From the NCBI GenBank assembly GCA_021613535.1, contig CP075493.1:1178001-1242000 (forward strand): 64,000 nt of DNA, given 5' to 3'. Below are positions 63,493-64,000 of this stretch, piece by piece. The notes under the pieces are model-generated. The model ran no database searches, was not told the origin of the DNA, and saw only the letters and a program-made list of their open reading frames with translations. Position 1 is the stretch's first letter. The number at the start of each line of letters is the position of its first letter. This DNA comes from Adineta vaga. Taxonomy: Eukaryota > Animalia > Rotifera. Both the position numbers and the translations under genes were made by a program.

Positions 63493-64000
63493 TTATTTAC
63501 GCGACCAAATGCGCATCCACATACCATATTTTGGTCTAAAAAAGATATGATAATATAAATATAGAAGTGTTCAATAAGAGAATAACATAACAAACCTAAT
63601 CGTAACAGCAATATCTGGTGCATGTTTTTGTCCAGGTACAAGTTCGAAGCGAAAATGTTTAATAATAAGAGCTAACATAATTTTTGCTTCTAACATTGCA
63701 AAATTTTGTCCAATACATGATCGAGGTCCTGAACTAAAAGCTAATACTTTATCTGCATTACTTTCTTCAAATCTTGATGGATTAAATTTATTTGGTTCAT
63801 GCCAATATTTTTCTGATCTATAAGTTACATTACAAAACTATAAAAATATTCAATGAAAATAATATCTTACCGATGTAAAATATTCAAATTGATTGCTATA
63901 TCTGTTCCTTTCTTTATATGAATTTGTTTTCCTTCGCTTGTCACAATTATATTGTCTACAACTGCTGTACGCAGCATTGTTGGCACAGGTTGATGAGTTC
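63493..64000 (-). CDS. Cytochrome P450 (CYP4-clan-like), 3' part, truncated by window end
   Basis: PVPTMLRTA, LHRSEKYWHEPNKFNPSRF, heme motif FSSGPRSCIGQNFAMLEAK, last exon PKYGMWMRIWSRK*. Confidence 0.92.

Noticed and set aside
1-64000. CRISPR arrays, rRNA, tRNA, prokaryotic operons
   Set aside because: Sequence is intron-rich eukaryotic DNA; no spaced direct-repeat array, cloverleaf or rRNA motif was seen by eye.

Overview
AT-rich eukaryotic genomic DNA with many short (~45-65 nt) GT-AG introns. The gene families (expanded F-box genes, B-box/coiled-coil/NHL genes, Penelope-like remnant) strongly suggest a bdelloid rotifer (Adineta/Rotaria-like); this is an inference. Reconstructed spliced genes: a TRIM (RING-Bbox-Bbox-CC) ligase, a membrane-anchored astacin protease, a DAG-lipase-like gene, a two-domain CDP-alcohol phosphatidyltransferase/cytidylyltransferase fusion, a CLK/LAMMER kinase, Derlin-1, a CAP59/GT69-like glycosyltransferase, a Lifeguard/TMBIM gene, ATP synthase delta, Rictor, two B-box-CC-NHL paralogs, a B-box-CC gene and the 3' end of a cytochrome P450. 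Accessory blocks (about 1-4.6 kb, 12.4-21.5 kb, 52-57.5 kb, 59.5-62 kb) hold three F-box genes at different stages of decay, a PI31-like relic, several non-autonomous DNA transposons and a Penelope-like RT relic. The most notable candidate is the 7-exon, 560-aa PgsA-like phosphotransferase + TagD-like cytidylyltransferase fusion (24243-26259), a possible one-polypeptide phospholipid/phosphonolipid head-group pathway lying 380 bp upstream of a DAG lipase. All exon coordinates were derived by hand; no database searches were run.
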